A DNA stretch of 64,000 nt. It comes from Malacoraja senta. Lineage: Eukaryota. Positions 25,482 to 38,331 of this stretch are shown in pieces. The translations under genes and the position numbers were made by a program. The stretch's first letter is position 1; each line of letters begins with the position of its first letter. The DNA lies in NCBI GenBank assembly GCA_038087875.1, contig CM075993.1:3350001-3414000 (forward strand), read 5' to 3'. Under the pieces are notes generated by a model, which saw only the letters and a list, made by a program, of their open reading frames with translations, was not told the origin of the DNA and made no database searches.

Positions 25482-28007
25482 GCATTAAAGATTTCTGAAG
25501 GCAACTTATCTAATTCTGTAATTTTTCTTCAGGTCTTCAGGTCCAACTGAGCATCAGGATAAATCATTCAGCGTTGGTGTAAATGCATTAAATAAATGCA
25601 ATAGACTCCGGGTAACGCAATTGAGGTTAGATAAATGCATTGGGGCATTGGCAAAATGCAGCTGACATTAACTGTAGCGAAGGAAATTCTATTTTCTTCT
25701 CAGGAAAAAGTTGTCTAAATGCAGGAAGAAAGAGACACTGTGCCAACGCCACCCGATTCATTAAGGGTCATTTCTCTCTACAATGGTCGTAAGTGAATGG
25801 GAAATCAACGCGTGTCTCTGTTTTGGAAAGAACTGCTGGTTTGCTCCAAAGATAGACAAGATGGCGCAGCGGTAGAGTTGCTGCCTTAAGGGGCTGTCCC
25901 ACTTGGGCGACCTAATCCGCGAGTTCTGCCGAGTTTGCCCTCGACTCATACTCGCAGCATGGTCGACACGAGGTCGTAGGAGGTCTTTGTAACTCTCCTT
26001 CATGCTCGAGAGTAGTCCCCGCGTACTCGAGGCCTCAGCTAGGTCGCGGCGTATTTTTCAACATGTTGAGCAATGCCCGCGAGTAAAAAAAGGTCGCCAT
26101 GGAAAAAATGGATACTTTTTTTACTCGTAGGTTTGGTCGTAGTAGGTCGGCCTGTTAGTCGTAGGTAATCGAGGGTAGTCGAAGGTAGTCGTAGATAGTC
26201 TTCATCATAGTTGAAGGAGATCGAAGGAGGTCGTCTTGACTCTCCACTATTCGGTGTCCAATTTTCTTGAAGTTAGTCGAAGCTAGTCGAAGCTAGTCTT
26301 CAACATGTCATTTTTTCAAACTCTTCTAAACTCACCAATACAGCGCTTGCAGCGCCAGAGACCCGGGTTCGATCCCAACTACGGGTGCTGTCTGTACGGA
26401 GTTTGTACGTCCTCCCCGTGACCTGCGTGGGTTTTCTCCGAGATCTCCGGTTTCCTCCCACACTCCACAGCCGTACAGGTTTGTAGGTTAATTGGCTTTG
26501 GTGAAATTACAAATTGTCCCTAGTGTGTGTAGGATAGTGTTAATGTGCGGGGATCGCTGGTCGGTGTGGACCCGGGGGGCCGAAGGGCCTGTTTCCGCGC
26601 TGTATCTCTAAACTAAACATTAAATTAAAACTAAAAGACTGATGTACAAGGTCACCCTTGCTGCTTCCTGTTTCAGATACGGGTGAGATATGGACAACTG
26701 CCAACCTGCCAAACCTCCTAGTCTCTCAATGCCAACCTTATCTTGGCTTACAGAATGGATTACGTCACTGCTATATCTCCAAGGGTCAATCTGTTCAACT
26801 TTCTAGCCCATTGTGGGCTGAAGGTGTGTTTAATTGCCTGATTAGGGCAAGAAACGACAGGAAAGAATTGATAAGCTCGTGGCAGGTTGGGACTGGATAA
26901 ATGGGTCCCTCATTACCCATCTGTCCGTGAGTTTATTATATAAGTGTACCAGAGCCAAGTGTAGTTAATCACAATCACTTGTGCCCATGCAGTCACGGGG
27001 AGAAGGTACAAACTCCATGCAGGCAGCACCCGTAGTCAGGATCGAACCCGGGTCTCTGGCGCTGTAAAGCAGCAACTCTACCGCTATCTAAGCAACGTGA
27101 GGAAGGCAATAGATGTTTGTTGGCCTTGCCACCAATGACCTGATCACATATAAATGAACATTTAAAAAAATCTAGTTACATGGAATGATGCTGGAATTGG
27201 GGGTATTGGCTACAGGAAGAGGTTTGACAGACGGATTGTTTTCCCTGGAATGCTGGTGGTTGAGGGGAGACCCGATGGAAGTATAACAAATTCTGGGAGG
27301 CAGAGACCATATACATAGGGGCTAGGACTCATGTCTGTGAGTGGATGGCGGGCCACATCTGTCGCCACAGTGTGACACTTGGTGTTGATGTCCGCATTAG
27401 TTTTCACGTGTTTTTCCAATTCGTTTTCTGCAGTTCCCAGGTCGGCTCGCCTACCCCGGGACTGGCTGTAGCGCCCACGTCGCCCGCGTGCCCCGGGACG
27501 AGCTGCAGTTCCCAGGTCGCGAAAACGAATTGGAAAAAAAAAAACACGCCTGCGGGCCGGATGATTTCGGGGTGGCGGGCCGGATCCGTCCCGGGGGGCC
27601 GCAGGTTGCCGGCCCCTGGGGTAGACAGTCAGAACCTTTTTTCCCAGGATGGAAATATCAGATAACAGAGAGCATAGCTTTAAGGTGAAAAAGGCAAAGT
27701 TTAGAGGAAATGGGCAGGGCAAGATTTTACATAGAAGGGGGTTCGGGGGGGGGGGGGGGGGGGGGGAGGGGGTGCCTGGAACGCATTGCTGGGGTTAGTG
27801 AGGTAGATATAATAGAGGCATTTAGAACATACATAGACTAGTACAACACAGGAACGGGCCCTTCATAATCCCAAGTTTAATTGATCTAATTTGCCTGTAC
27901 TTGATACATGATCCATATCCCTCTAGATAGACACAAAAAGCTGGAGTAACTCAGCGGGACAGGCAGCATCTCTGGAGAGAAGGAATGGGTGACGTTTCGG
28001 GTCGAGA

Positions 28008-28558
28008 CAGTTGTGGTCTCCAAATCTGAGGAAGGACATTATAGCCATAGAGGGAGTGCAGAGAAGGTTCACCAGACTGATTCCTGGGATGTCAGGACTT
28101 TCATATGAAGAAAGACTGGATAGACTTGGCTTATACTCGCTAGAATTTAGGAGATTGAGAGGGGATCTTATAGAAACGTACAAAATTCTTATGAGGTTGG
28201 ACAGGCTAGATGCAGGAAGATTGTTCCCGATGTTGGGGAAGTCCAGGACAAGGGGTCAAAGCTTAAGGATAAGGGGGAAATCCTTTAAGACCGAGATGAG
28301 GAAAAACTTTTTCACACAGAGAGTGGTGAATCTCTGGAACTCTCTGCCACAGAGGGTAGTTGAGGCCAGTTCATTGGCTATATTTAAGAGGGAGTTAGAT
28401 GTGGCCCTTGTGGCTAAAGGGATCAGGGGGTATGGAGAGAAGGCAGGTACGGGATACTGAGTTGGATGATCAGCCATGATCATATTGAATGGCGGTGCAG
28501 GCTCGAAGGGCCGAATGGCCTACTCCTGCACCTATTTTCTATGTTTCTATGTATCTAT
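28008..28558 (+). mobile_element. CR1 LINE 3' fragment
   Basis: 149-aa CR1 C-terminal ORF and TTCTATGT tail. Confidence 0.9.
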
Positions 28559-29854
28559 GAGACCCTTCTCATATCCCCTGCACTTCGATGTGCCTTTCTA
28601 AAAGCATCCTGAACGACACAATTTAAGAAACCTTCTGATAGGCTCATGGATATGGAGGGTTTCGGATTAAGTGCAGGCAGGTTAGAGTTGGTCTTGACAT
28701 CATGTTTAGCATAGACAGTGTGGGCTGAAGGCTCTGTTCCTGTGCGATACTGTTCTATGTTCTGTTTGCTACAGGAAATACATTTCATGGGGATGCTCAC
28801 CTCATTATTGTCTTGAGCATCTATATCCACGAGTGAGATGTCAAACAGGATAGACCAGCATAAATCAGCATCGATTTCCTTTCACAAACTCATGCAACTT
28901 AAGAGAAATGGGCTAATCTTGTAAATCTGTGTCAGGCAAATGGCTTTTTTTTCTGGGAAGCATTCGTGGGGAAATAATCACGTGATTGTCAATCAATTGT
29001 TGGAACGTCTCATTGAGTTCAATCTATAAGCTGATTTGGAATAAGTTTTTAATGGAAATGAAGAAAGGTTTTCAATGGTTACTGTAGTTAATGCACCACT
29101 GTTTGACATAAGGTGACTGAGAAGAAAATTAGATGATCATTGTAAATTGTCCCAGAATGTGTGTAGGATAGTGTTAAGAGTGCGTGGTTTGCTGGTCGGT
29201 GTGGACTCGGTGGGCCAAAGGGCCTGTTTCCACGCTGTATCCCTGAACTAAATGGAACTAACCTAAACACATGGGCGGTCGAAATGTGTAGGAAGGAACC
29301 GCAGAAGCTGGTTTAACCCGAAGATAGGCCCAAAAAGCTGGAGTAAATCTGCGGGTCAGGCAGAAAAATGGAATGGGCGAGGTTTCGGGTCGAGACCCTT
29401 CTTCAGGCTGGTTAGGGATAAGGGAAACGAGAGGTATAGACTGCGATATAGAGAGATAGAGAACAATTGAATGAAAGATATGCAAAAAAGTAGCGATGAT
29501 TGAGGAGACGGCCATTGTTGGCTGTGGGCTGGAACTAGTTATACATCTCAAATCTAGTTATTTTCCTATTTCTTGCCACCAAGCTGTAGACTTCTCTGCA
29601 GCTCAGGCATCAAAGAAGTTTAAACAGTTTGAAATTAGTTTGCGCAAGATCCCGATCTGTAAATATTAACACTCTCTCTCACTCTCTCTTCTGAATGCAA
29701 TTACATAATGATATGATGGTCATATTTAACGATAAGGTTCAAAGGAAGGTCACAGATGTTTTCAAAGCTCTCTAGGTTTCAAAATTCTGTTCCAAAAGCC
29801 CACAGGAATGATCGCGGGCGGAGAATGTGGGCCCCAATCACACCGAGCAAGTTA

Positions 29855-30176
29855 AGGCCCTGTCCCACTTTCCCGAGTTATACGCGAATTCTCCCGAGTT
29901 TTTCCACTTGATTCAAACTCGCAGAATGTTCGTAACGAGTCCGTGGATATATCGTAGCGGCTCGTTATGCCGGCCGTAGGTACTTGGAGCATCAGGCAAG
30001 TCGGGACCTTTTTTCCAGCCTGATAAAAAATGCCCACAAGTAAATAAATGGCCGCGAGTACCTACGGCCACTACGATATATCCACGGACTCCTACGGACT
30101 CGTTACGAAAATTCTGCGAATCAAGGGGAAAACTCGGGAGAATTCGTGAAAAACTCGGGAAAGTGGGACAGGCCCT
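29855..30176. mobile_element. PIF/Harbinger-like MITE
   Basis: TIR AGGCCCTGTCCCACTTTCCCGAG / CTCGGGAAAGTGGGACAGGCCCT with long internal inverted symmetry and a TTA flank. Confidence 0.75.
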
Positions 30177-30606
30177 TGAATCTGCGTTTACCTCTTTAAG
30201 GAAAGTTGTTTATGCCAGAGATTAGTTTTATGGAGATTCCGTGCAATCTATGCTGATAGGAGCCGCCAGAAAAAAAGCACCTGAGGATTTTCACAGGGTA
30301 GTTTCTGACGTCAGGGCCAGGTACTAAACTGCTCACCTTTCAGAAGAGAGAAAGTTATTTGCACTGTGTGCACACCAGCTAAGCAGCGTTCATTGAGCAG
30401 AACAGTCCATCTTCTACATGCCTGGATTTTGGTCGCACAGCTGAGCTGAGCAAGACAGTCTCCGAGAGACACTAAACTCCTTGTTCCCCACCCTCCAATG
30501 CTGTGCTGAGGGAACATTTCATGATCAGAATACAAGGATCTGCCCCGCTCACTCAAGTGGCTGAAGAAGTTGGATCCACAACCTCCGCAGTTCAGGAGAA
30601 AAGAGA

Positions 30607-30646
30607 ATGATCTTTGGTTTTAGATGGTTTTACTTGAGAGATACAA
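30607..30646 (+). CDS. Alternative candidate first coding exon (MIFGFRWFYLRDT) of the synaptotagmin-like gene
   Basis: ATG at 30607 with an upstream in-frame TGA at 30562. It reads 13 codons + 1 nt, then donor GTAAGA. Phase 1 is compatible with 33646, and it lies in a unique-sequence island. Confidence 0.35.
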
Positions 30647-31051
30647 GTAAGAAAGGAATTTCTGCTCACTAAAACTGCTCGGGTTTCAGCCCGAAACGTT
30701 GCCTATTTCCTTCGCTCCATAGATGCTGCCTCACCCGCTGAGTTTCTCCAGCATTTTTGTCTACCTTCACCTTTAGCTAAGGTGTCCTAGGACTGTTTGC
30801 TGCAACATGAACTTATACACCTGGGAAGCTTAAAACTTGTCTGAATGGAAACCTCTGTACACCTCAACGCAGCAGGTAGGAAACTGTATGTCTGACCTCT
30901 TTAAAGACTGTAAGGGTTATCCTTTATGGTGATTGCTTTGCTGAAACTTTCCCAGAGTTTCACGCTGTACCCTCATAGAGTCATGGAGTGGAATCAAGTC
31001 CCAGCTACACTAGTCCCACCTGCCCACGTTTGGTCCACATCCCTCCTATCC

Positions 31052-31401
31052 ATAATAATAATAATAATGGATGGGATTTATATAGCGCCTTTCTAATACT
31101 CAAGGCGCTTTACATCGCATTATTCATTCACTCCTCAGTCACACTCGGTGGTGGTGAGCTACTTCTGTAGCCACAGCTGCCCTGGGGCAGACTGACGGAA
31201 GCGTGGCTGCTAATCTGCGCCTACGGCCCCTCCGACCACCACCAATCACTCACACACATTCACACACATTCACACACAGGCAAAGGTGGGTGAAGTGTCT
31301 TGCCCAAGGACACAACGACAGTATGCACTCCAAGCGGGATTCGAACCGGCTACCTTCCGGTTGCCAGCCGAACACTTAGCCCATTGCGCCATCTGTCGTC
31401 C
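31052..31401 (-). mobile_element. tRNA-derived CORE-type SINE with L2-like tail
   Basis: A box TGGCGCAATGG, B box GGTTCGAATCC, CORE-like TCCTTGGGCAAGACACTT, tail TGTAAAGCGCCTTGAG...(ATT)n. Confidence 0.8.
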
Positions 31402-33645
31402 ACATGTATCCATGTACCTGTCCAACTGTTTCTTAAATGTTAGGATAGCCCCTGCCTCAACTACCTCCTCTGGCAGCTTGTTCCATACACCCACCGCCCT
31501 TTGTGTGGAAAAATGTAGCCCCTCGGATTCCGATTAAATTTTTTCCCCTTCACCTTAAACTTATGTCCTCTGATCCTCAATTCATCTACTCTGGGCAAGA
31601 GACTCTGTGTCTGCTCAATCTATTCCTCTCACGATCTTATACACCTCTATAACATAGACAAAAGTGCTGGAGAAACTCAGCGGGTGCAGCAGCATCTATG
31701 GAGCGAAGGAAATAGGCAACGTTTCGGCCCGAAACCCTTCCGGGTTTCGTCCCGAAACGTTGCCTATTTCCTTCAGGGTTTCGGCCCGAAACGTTGCCTA
31801 TTTCCTTCGCTCCATAGATGCTGCTGCACCCGCTGAGTTTCTCCAGCACTTTTGTCTACTTTCGATTTTCCAGCATCTGCAGTTCCTTCTTAAACACCTC
31901 TATAAGATCACCCCTCATCCTCCTGCGCTCCAAGGAATAGAGTCCCCGCCTATTCAACCTTTGCCTGTAGCTTAGACCCTCGAGTCCTGGCAACATCCTC
32001 GTAAATCTTCTCTGTACCCTTTCCAGCTTGGCAACATCTTTCCTATAACACGGTGCCCAGAATTGAACATAATACTCCAAATGTGGCCTCACCAACGTCT
32101 TGTACAACTGCAGCATGACATCCCCACTTCTATATCCACCAATGGCTGATGCTATCGTGGGCGTCAGCTGGTTCAGGCTTCCCACCTAAATGGGAAAGTC
32201 TCAAACTTCCGTAGGAACAAGGAACTGCAGATGCAGGTTCACACCAAAGATAGACACAAAGTGCTGGAGTAACTCGGTGGGTCGAGCAGCATCTCTGGAG
32301 AACATGGATGGACGAGACCCTTCTTCAGACTGGAGCGTGACATCCAGTCAAATCAGAGAATACTATCTCTTCATGCAATCAAGCCAGTCTCAAGTACAAT
32401 AGGTAGAGCAAAGGGAAAAATTCGGAAGAAGGGTCTCCACCCGAAACGTCACCCATTCCTTCTCTCCAGAGATGCTGCCTGTCCCGCTGAGTTACTCCAG
32501 CAATTTGCGTCGACCTTCCGAAAGACGCAGAGTGCAGAATATCGTTCTCAGCATTGTAGCGTATCAGTTCCATAGTCCAACGCCCAACGTATTGTGGAAG
32601 TGACTCGGACAGTCCCCTAGCTTATGGAAGGACCGTTCAGAAGCCTGATAATGGAGGGGGAAGAAGCTGTTCCTGAGTCTGGCGGTGCGCGCTTTCAAGC
32701 TTCTGTCTCTACTGCCCGAAGGGAGAAGGGAGAAGGGAGAAGAGGGAATGACCAAGGTGGGACATGTCTTAAATTACATGATGCTATTTTTCTGAAGCAG
32801 TGTGAAGTGAAGATGGAGTCAATGGTGGGGAGCCTGGTCTCTGTGATGGGACTAGGCTACATCAATAACTCTGTCATTTCATGCAGTCTTGTGTGTGAAA
32901 TGGCCTCCTCTGCAGGGCTCAACACCTGGTGCCAGGATCTGGGTTCTAGACCAGGCAGCTCTTTCTTTGACCAGCACAGGCACGATGGGTGGAATGGCCT
33001 CCTCCTGTCCTGTTTAGGTTTAGGTTCATTATTGTCAGGTGTACCGAGTAATATGTGAGACGGCACGGTGGCGCAGCGGGTAGAGCTGCTGCCTCACACC
33101 GCCAGAGACCCAGGTTCCATTCTGACCTCGGGTGCTCCCTGTGTGGAGTTTGCATGTTCTCCCCGTGACCGCGTGGGTTTCCTCCAGGTGCTCCGGCTCC
33201 CTCCCACAATCCCGGACTTGTAGGTTAATTGGCCCTCTGTAAATTGCCCCCTAGTGTGTAGGGAGTGGATGGTAGTGGGATAGCATAGGACTGGTGAGAA
33301 TGGGTGATCAATGGTCGATGTGTACTTGATGGGCTGAAGGGCCTCTTTTCCATGCTGTATCTCTAAAACCATGATTTTCCATTGGAGGAGGCCTTCTTTA
33401 TAACATGTAAAGCCAAGTAATCTCTTAAAATGCAGCCGTGTTAATAATGGGTGGGAAGGAACTGCAGATGCTGGTTTAAACCGAAGATAGACACAAAAAG
33501 CTGGAGTAACTCAGCAGGACAGGCAGCATCTCTGGAGAGAAGGAATTCTCTGAGTTCGAATCAAGGGGAAAACTCGGGAGAGTTCGTGAGTAACTCGGGA
33601 AAGTGGGACAGGGCCTTAACATGTCTCTCCCTGTGTCTTTGTCAG

Positions 33646-34493
33646 TGCATCTGCAGGTTTTCCTTGGTGCAGGTCTGGCCATTCTCTTCTTCTGCCTGGC
33701 CGTGGGCTGCGCTATCTGCTGGCGGAAGGGAAAGCACCGGCATGCCACCGCGGGCAAGGAGCAGGCGTCGGAGAGGATCGTGCTGGACCCCAGCGCCGGG
33801 CTGCTCGGACACGCCGGCACCCCCGTTAAGCAGCAGTACGAGGAGATTGAGGGCTCGGTCCTGGACAACTGCGCCACTGCCGACGGGCCAGACCCCGGCC
33901 ACCGGGGCAAACCCGGTCCTCACGGAAGGGCATCCTTGCCCTTCATCCCGCCGGTCCATAAGGCTGGCAAAACCAGGAGCATCCTGGAGCGACGTTGCAC
34001 GGTGTCGGGAGACAGCTCGTACTACAGGGACCCCACCGCCATGGGACCACCGTTGGGTCATTCCCAGACTGCGCCGGACATGAAGACAAAGGCGAGGCCT
34101 CTCCTGCACTTCACCCTCTTCTACTCGCCCTACGAGATGACTCTGACGGTGAGCGTGATCGGCCTCCACAACCTTCCCAAGAAATTTGGCCCCAACTGCG
34201 ACTCCTACGTCCGGGTGCGGCTCCTGCCCAGGGTGGCGGAGACCCGGCAAACCGCCCTGCGCAGGAAGAGCCTGAACCCGGAGTTCCGGGAGAGTTTCCA
34301 GTTCTCGGGGTACAGCCTGGAGGAGATCAGATGCTTCAAGCTTCGCTTTGCCGCCTACGTCAAGGAGTTCCACCACATGAAAGACACCTTCGTGGGCGAG
34401 TTGCTCTTCCCCCTGGAGCAGGGCGACTGGGAGTCTGACACTCCCTCCATCTACACCAGGGAGTTGACCACCACCAGGACAAAGCTCAAAAAG
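33646..34493 (+). CDS. Atypical synaptotagmin (syt18-like), exon encoding TM helix, linker and C2A domain
   Basis: Acceptor CTTTGTCAG and donor AAG|GTAGGC. Hydrophobic Cys-rich TM (VFLGAGLAILFFCLAVGCAICW) followed by RKGKHR. C2 motifs LHFTLFY, CDSYVRVRLLP, SLNPEFRESFQF, DTFVGELLFPL. GC-rich codon pattern. Confidence 0.9.
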
Positions 34494-35024
34494 GTAGGCA
34501 GTGGGATGGGGAAAGCTTAAAGGAGATGTCTTTATTTACACAGAGGGTGGTGGGAGCCTGGAATGCACTGCCTGGAGTGGTGGTGGTGGAGGCAGATACC
34601 ATAGTGGCGTATAAGAGGCTTTCAGACAGGAAGAGAATAGAGGGATATGGATCATGTACAAACTGGTGAGATCAGTTCAACTTGGCATCATGTTCATAAG
34701 TTATAGGAGCAGAATTCAGGCCATTCGACCCATAAAGTTTACTGCACCATTCAATCATGACAGAACGGCCTAATTCCGCTCATGGAAAAACTCCTGTACA
34801 GAGTTGGCACATTCTCCCTGCGACTGCGTGGGATTTCTCCGGGTGATCCAGTTTGTAGGCTAATTGCCTTCTGCAAAGTGTGTGGGATAGAACTAGTGGT
34901 GATTGTTGTTCAGCACGGACTTGGTGGGCCCAAGGGGCCTGTTTCCACACCGTATCTTTAAACTGAACTAAACCAATATACTCTCGGGTAAAACATTCTA
35001 TGAGCCCACTTTGAAAATCGGAGA

Positions 35025-35382
35025 GAGACAAAAATGCTGGAGAAACTCAGCGGGTGAGGCAGCATCTATGGAGCGAAGGAAATAGGTGACGTTTCGGGTC
35101 GAGACCCTTCTTCAGACTGATGTGCGGGTGGGGGAGGGGCGGGAAGAAGAAAGGTAGAGGCCGGAGACAGTGGGCTGTGGGAGAGCTGGGAAGGGGAGGG
35201 GAAGGGATGGAGAAAGCAAGGATTACCTGAAATTGGAGAAGTCAATGTTCATACAGCTGGGGTGTACAATATGAGGTGCTGCTCCTCCAATTTGCAGTGG
35301 GACTCACTCTGGCCATGGAGGAGGCCCAGGACAGAAAGGTCGGATTTGGAATGGGAGGGGGAGTTGAAGTGCTGAGCCACAG
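35025..35382 (-). mobile_element. Penelope-like element 3' fragment
   Basis: VAQHFNSPSHSKSDLSVLGLLH...KLEEQHLI peptide plus the terminal repeat. Confidence 0.8.
35088..35115 (-). ncRNA. Minimal hammerhead ribozyme motif in a Penelope terminal repeat (representative of many copies)
   Basis: RNA reads CUGAAGA-A-GGGUC-UC-GACCC-GAAA-C-GUC: CUGANGA and GAAA core boxes, stem II hairpin, GUC cleavage triplet. Confidence 0.7.
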
Positions 35383-36713
35383 GGGGGGGTGAATACCAGA
35401 GAAATAGATTTCCTATATTCAGGTCAATTCTATGCTCCAATAATCCAATCAATAAACACCATTGACCTCACATCTACTCAGTGGGAACGCAGTAATCAAT
35501 AACCAATAATCTCACAAAAATCTGGCTATGGATGGGTATTCTTTGAGTAAACCAAATGGCACTGAATTAATAACTTTAATGCAACAGCAAAGCGTTGGAA
35601 ATCTGAAATTAAAAATGGCAGCAAATGCAGGAAATATCCGCCAGGTCAGGCAGCATTTACAGAGGGAGTGTCAGAGATAATGTTCCAAGGCACCGTAATT
35701 CTTTATCTCTCGTTTTCTCTAACGTCTGCATTTGTGTCCGCATACGGTGTTCCAATGCAGCTCAAATTAAGTCAAGAGAGAGAAAAAAGACACAAAGTGC
35801 TGGAGTAACTCAGTGGGTCAGGCATCTCTGAGAACACCGTGCAGGCGGCAGTAGAGATGCTGCCTCACAGCGCCAGAGACCCGGGTTCACAGGTGCTGTC
35901 TGTATGGAGTTTGCATGTTCTCCCCGTGACCCGCGTGGGTTTTCCTCCGAGATCTTCGGTTTCCTCCCGCACTCCAAAGATGTACAAGTTTGTAGGTTAA
36001 TTGGCTGGGTATATAAATGTACAAAATGTGAAATTGTCCCTGGTGTGTGTAGGGTAGCGTTGATGTGTGGGGATCGCTGGTCGGCGCGGACCCTGTGGGC
36101 CGAAGGGCCTGTTTCCGCTCCGAATCTCTAAACTAAACACAAAAACATCACTGTACCTTAATTGTTGCATGTGACAAAAAATCCGAACTTGAACTAAGCA
36201 TGGATTGGCGCTGAGAACAATGAAGTGTGAGGGGACCCCAAGGAGAAAGAGGTACCACAGAGACTCTAATGAACACTTTGTAACTCTGTTGGCATCCTTT
36301 AAGTGGCCACCCTTTGCATACCTTGTATATGGTTGCAAAACAAAGAATTGCACTGTGACATGACCTCTCTCCGCTGGCTCCCTGTGCGGTTCCGTATACA
36401 TTTCAAGATCCTCCTCTATGTCTACAAAGCCCTCAATGGGCTTGCCCCCACCTGCATTAAAAGTCTTCTCACCCACCACTCCACCTCCAGGTCCCTCAGA
36501 TCGGCCGACTTGGGGTTGCTGAATATCCCGCGGTCTAGGCATAAGCTCAGGGCGACCGCGCCTTTGCGGTTGCAGGCCCCTAGACTGTGGAACAGCATCC
36601 CCCTTCCCATCAGAACTGCCCCCTCCATCGACTCCTTTAAGTCAAGACTAAAAACGTATCTATACTCTAGAAGCCTTTCTTGACGTCCTCTGAGCGAGGG
36701 CTATATGTATATA

Positions 36714-38331
36714 CAGTGGCTTGCAAAAGTATTCATAACCCCTTGAACTTTTCCACATTTTGTCACGTTACAACCACAAACGTAAATGTATTTTATTGGG
36801 ATTTTATGTGATAGACCAACACAAAGTGGCGCATAATTGTGAAGTGGAAGGAAAATGATACATGGTTTTCAAATTTTTTTACAAATTAAAAACTGAAAAG
36901 TGTCGCGTGCAAAAATATTCAGCCCCCTTTACTCTGATACCCTAAATAAAATCCCAGTGCAATCAATTGCCTTCAGAAGTCACCTAATTAGTAAATAGAG
37001 TCCACTTGTGTGTAATCTAATCTCAGTATAAATACAACTGTTCTGTGAAGGCCTCAGAGGTTTGTTAGAGAACATTAGTGAACAAACAGCATCATGAAGC
37101 CCAAGGAACACACCAGACAGGTCAGGGATAAAGTTGTGGAGAAGTTTAAAGCAGGGTTAGGTTATAAACAAATATCCCAAGCTTTGAACATCTCACGGAG
37201 CACTGTTCAATCCATCATCCGAAAATGGCAAGAGTATGGCACAACTGCAAACCTACCAAGACATGGCCGTCCACCTAAACTGACAGGCCGGGCAAGGAGA
37301 GCATTGATCAGAGAAGCAGCCAAGAGGCCCATGGTAACTCTGGAGGAGCTGCAGAGACCCACAGCTCAGGTGGGAGAATCTGTCCACAGGACAACTATTA
37401 GTCGTGCACTCTACAAATCGGGCCTTTATGGAAGAGTGGCAAGAAGAAAGCCATTGTTGAAAAAAAGCCATAAGAAGTCCCGTTTGCAGTTTGCCACAAG
37501 CCATGTGGGGGATACAGCAAACATGTGGAGGAAGGTGCTCTGGTCAGATGAGACCAAAATTGAAGTTTTTGGCCTAAATGCAAAACGCTATGTGTGGCGG
37601 AAACCTAACATTGCACATCACCCTGAACACACCATCCCCACTGTGAAACATGGTGGTGGCAGCATCATGCTGTGGGGATGCTTTTCTTCAGCAGGGACAG
37701 GGAAGCTGGTCAGAGTTGATGGGAAGATGGATGGAGCCAAATACAGGGCAATCTTGGAAGAAAACCTGTTAGAGTCTGCAAAAGACTTGAGACTGGGGCG
37801 GAGGTTCACCTTCCAGCAGGACAACGACCCTAAACATACAACCAGAGCTACAATGGAATGATTTAGATCAAAGCATATTCATGTGTTAGAATGGCCCAGT
37901 CAAAGTCCAGACCTAAATCCAATTGAGAATCTCTGGCAAGACTTGAAAATTGCTGTTCACAGACGCTCTCCATCCAATCTGACTGAGCTTGAGCTATTTT
38001 GCAAAGAAGAATGGGCAAAAATTTCAGTCTCTAGATGTGCAAAGCTGGTAGAGACATACCCCAAAAGACTTGCAGCTGTAATTGCAGTGAAAGGTGGTTC
38101 TACAAAGTATTGACTCAGGGGGGCTGAATACTTTTGCACGCGACACTTTTCAGTTTTTTATTTGTAAAAAAATTTGAAAACCATGTATCATTTTCCTTCC
38201 ACTTCACAATTATGCACCACTTTGTGTTGGTCTATCACATAAAATCCCAATAAAATACATTTACGTTTGTGGTTGTAACGTGACAAAATGTGGAAATGTT
38301 CAAGGGGTATGAAAACTTTTGCAAGCCACTG
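36714..38331 (+). mobile_element. Second full-length copy of the same Tc1 transposon, opposite orientation
   Basis: TA flanks, same TIRs, near-identical to 20696-22311. Confidence 0.97.
37094..38113 (+). pseudogene. Tc1 transposase with a premature stop
   Basis: TGA at 37859-37861 where copy 1 has TGG (Trp). The same frame continues to ...GGSTKY*. Confidence 0.93.

Noticed and set aside
27316..27620. hAT-like MITE within a CR1 fragment
   Set aside because: The right end resembles a Charlie-type terminus, but no matching left TIR or TSD could be established.
33642..34438. Overlapping antisense 244-aa and shifted 147-aa ORFs
   Set aside because: Expected by-products of GC-rich codon usage; no recognisable domain.
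33603..34520. Single-exon 305-aa gene as given by the ORF track
   Set aside because: Its start lies in a MITE end and its end runs past a splice donor; the real unit is an internal exon.
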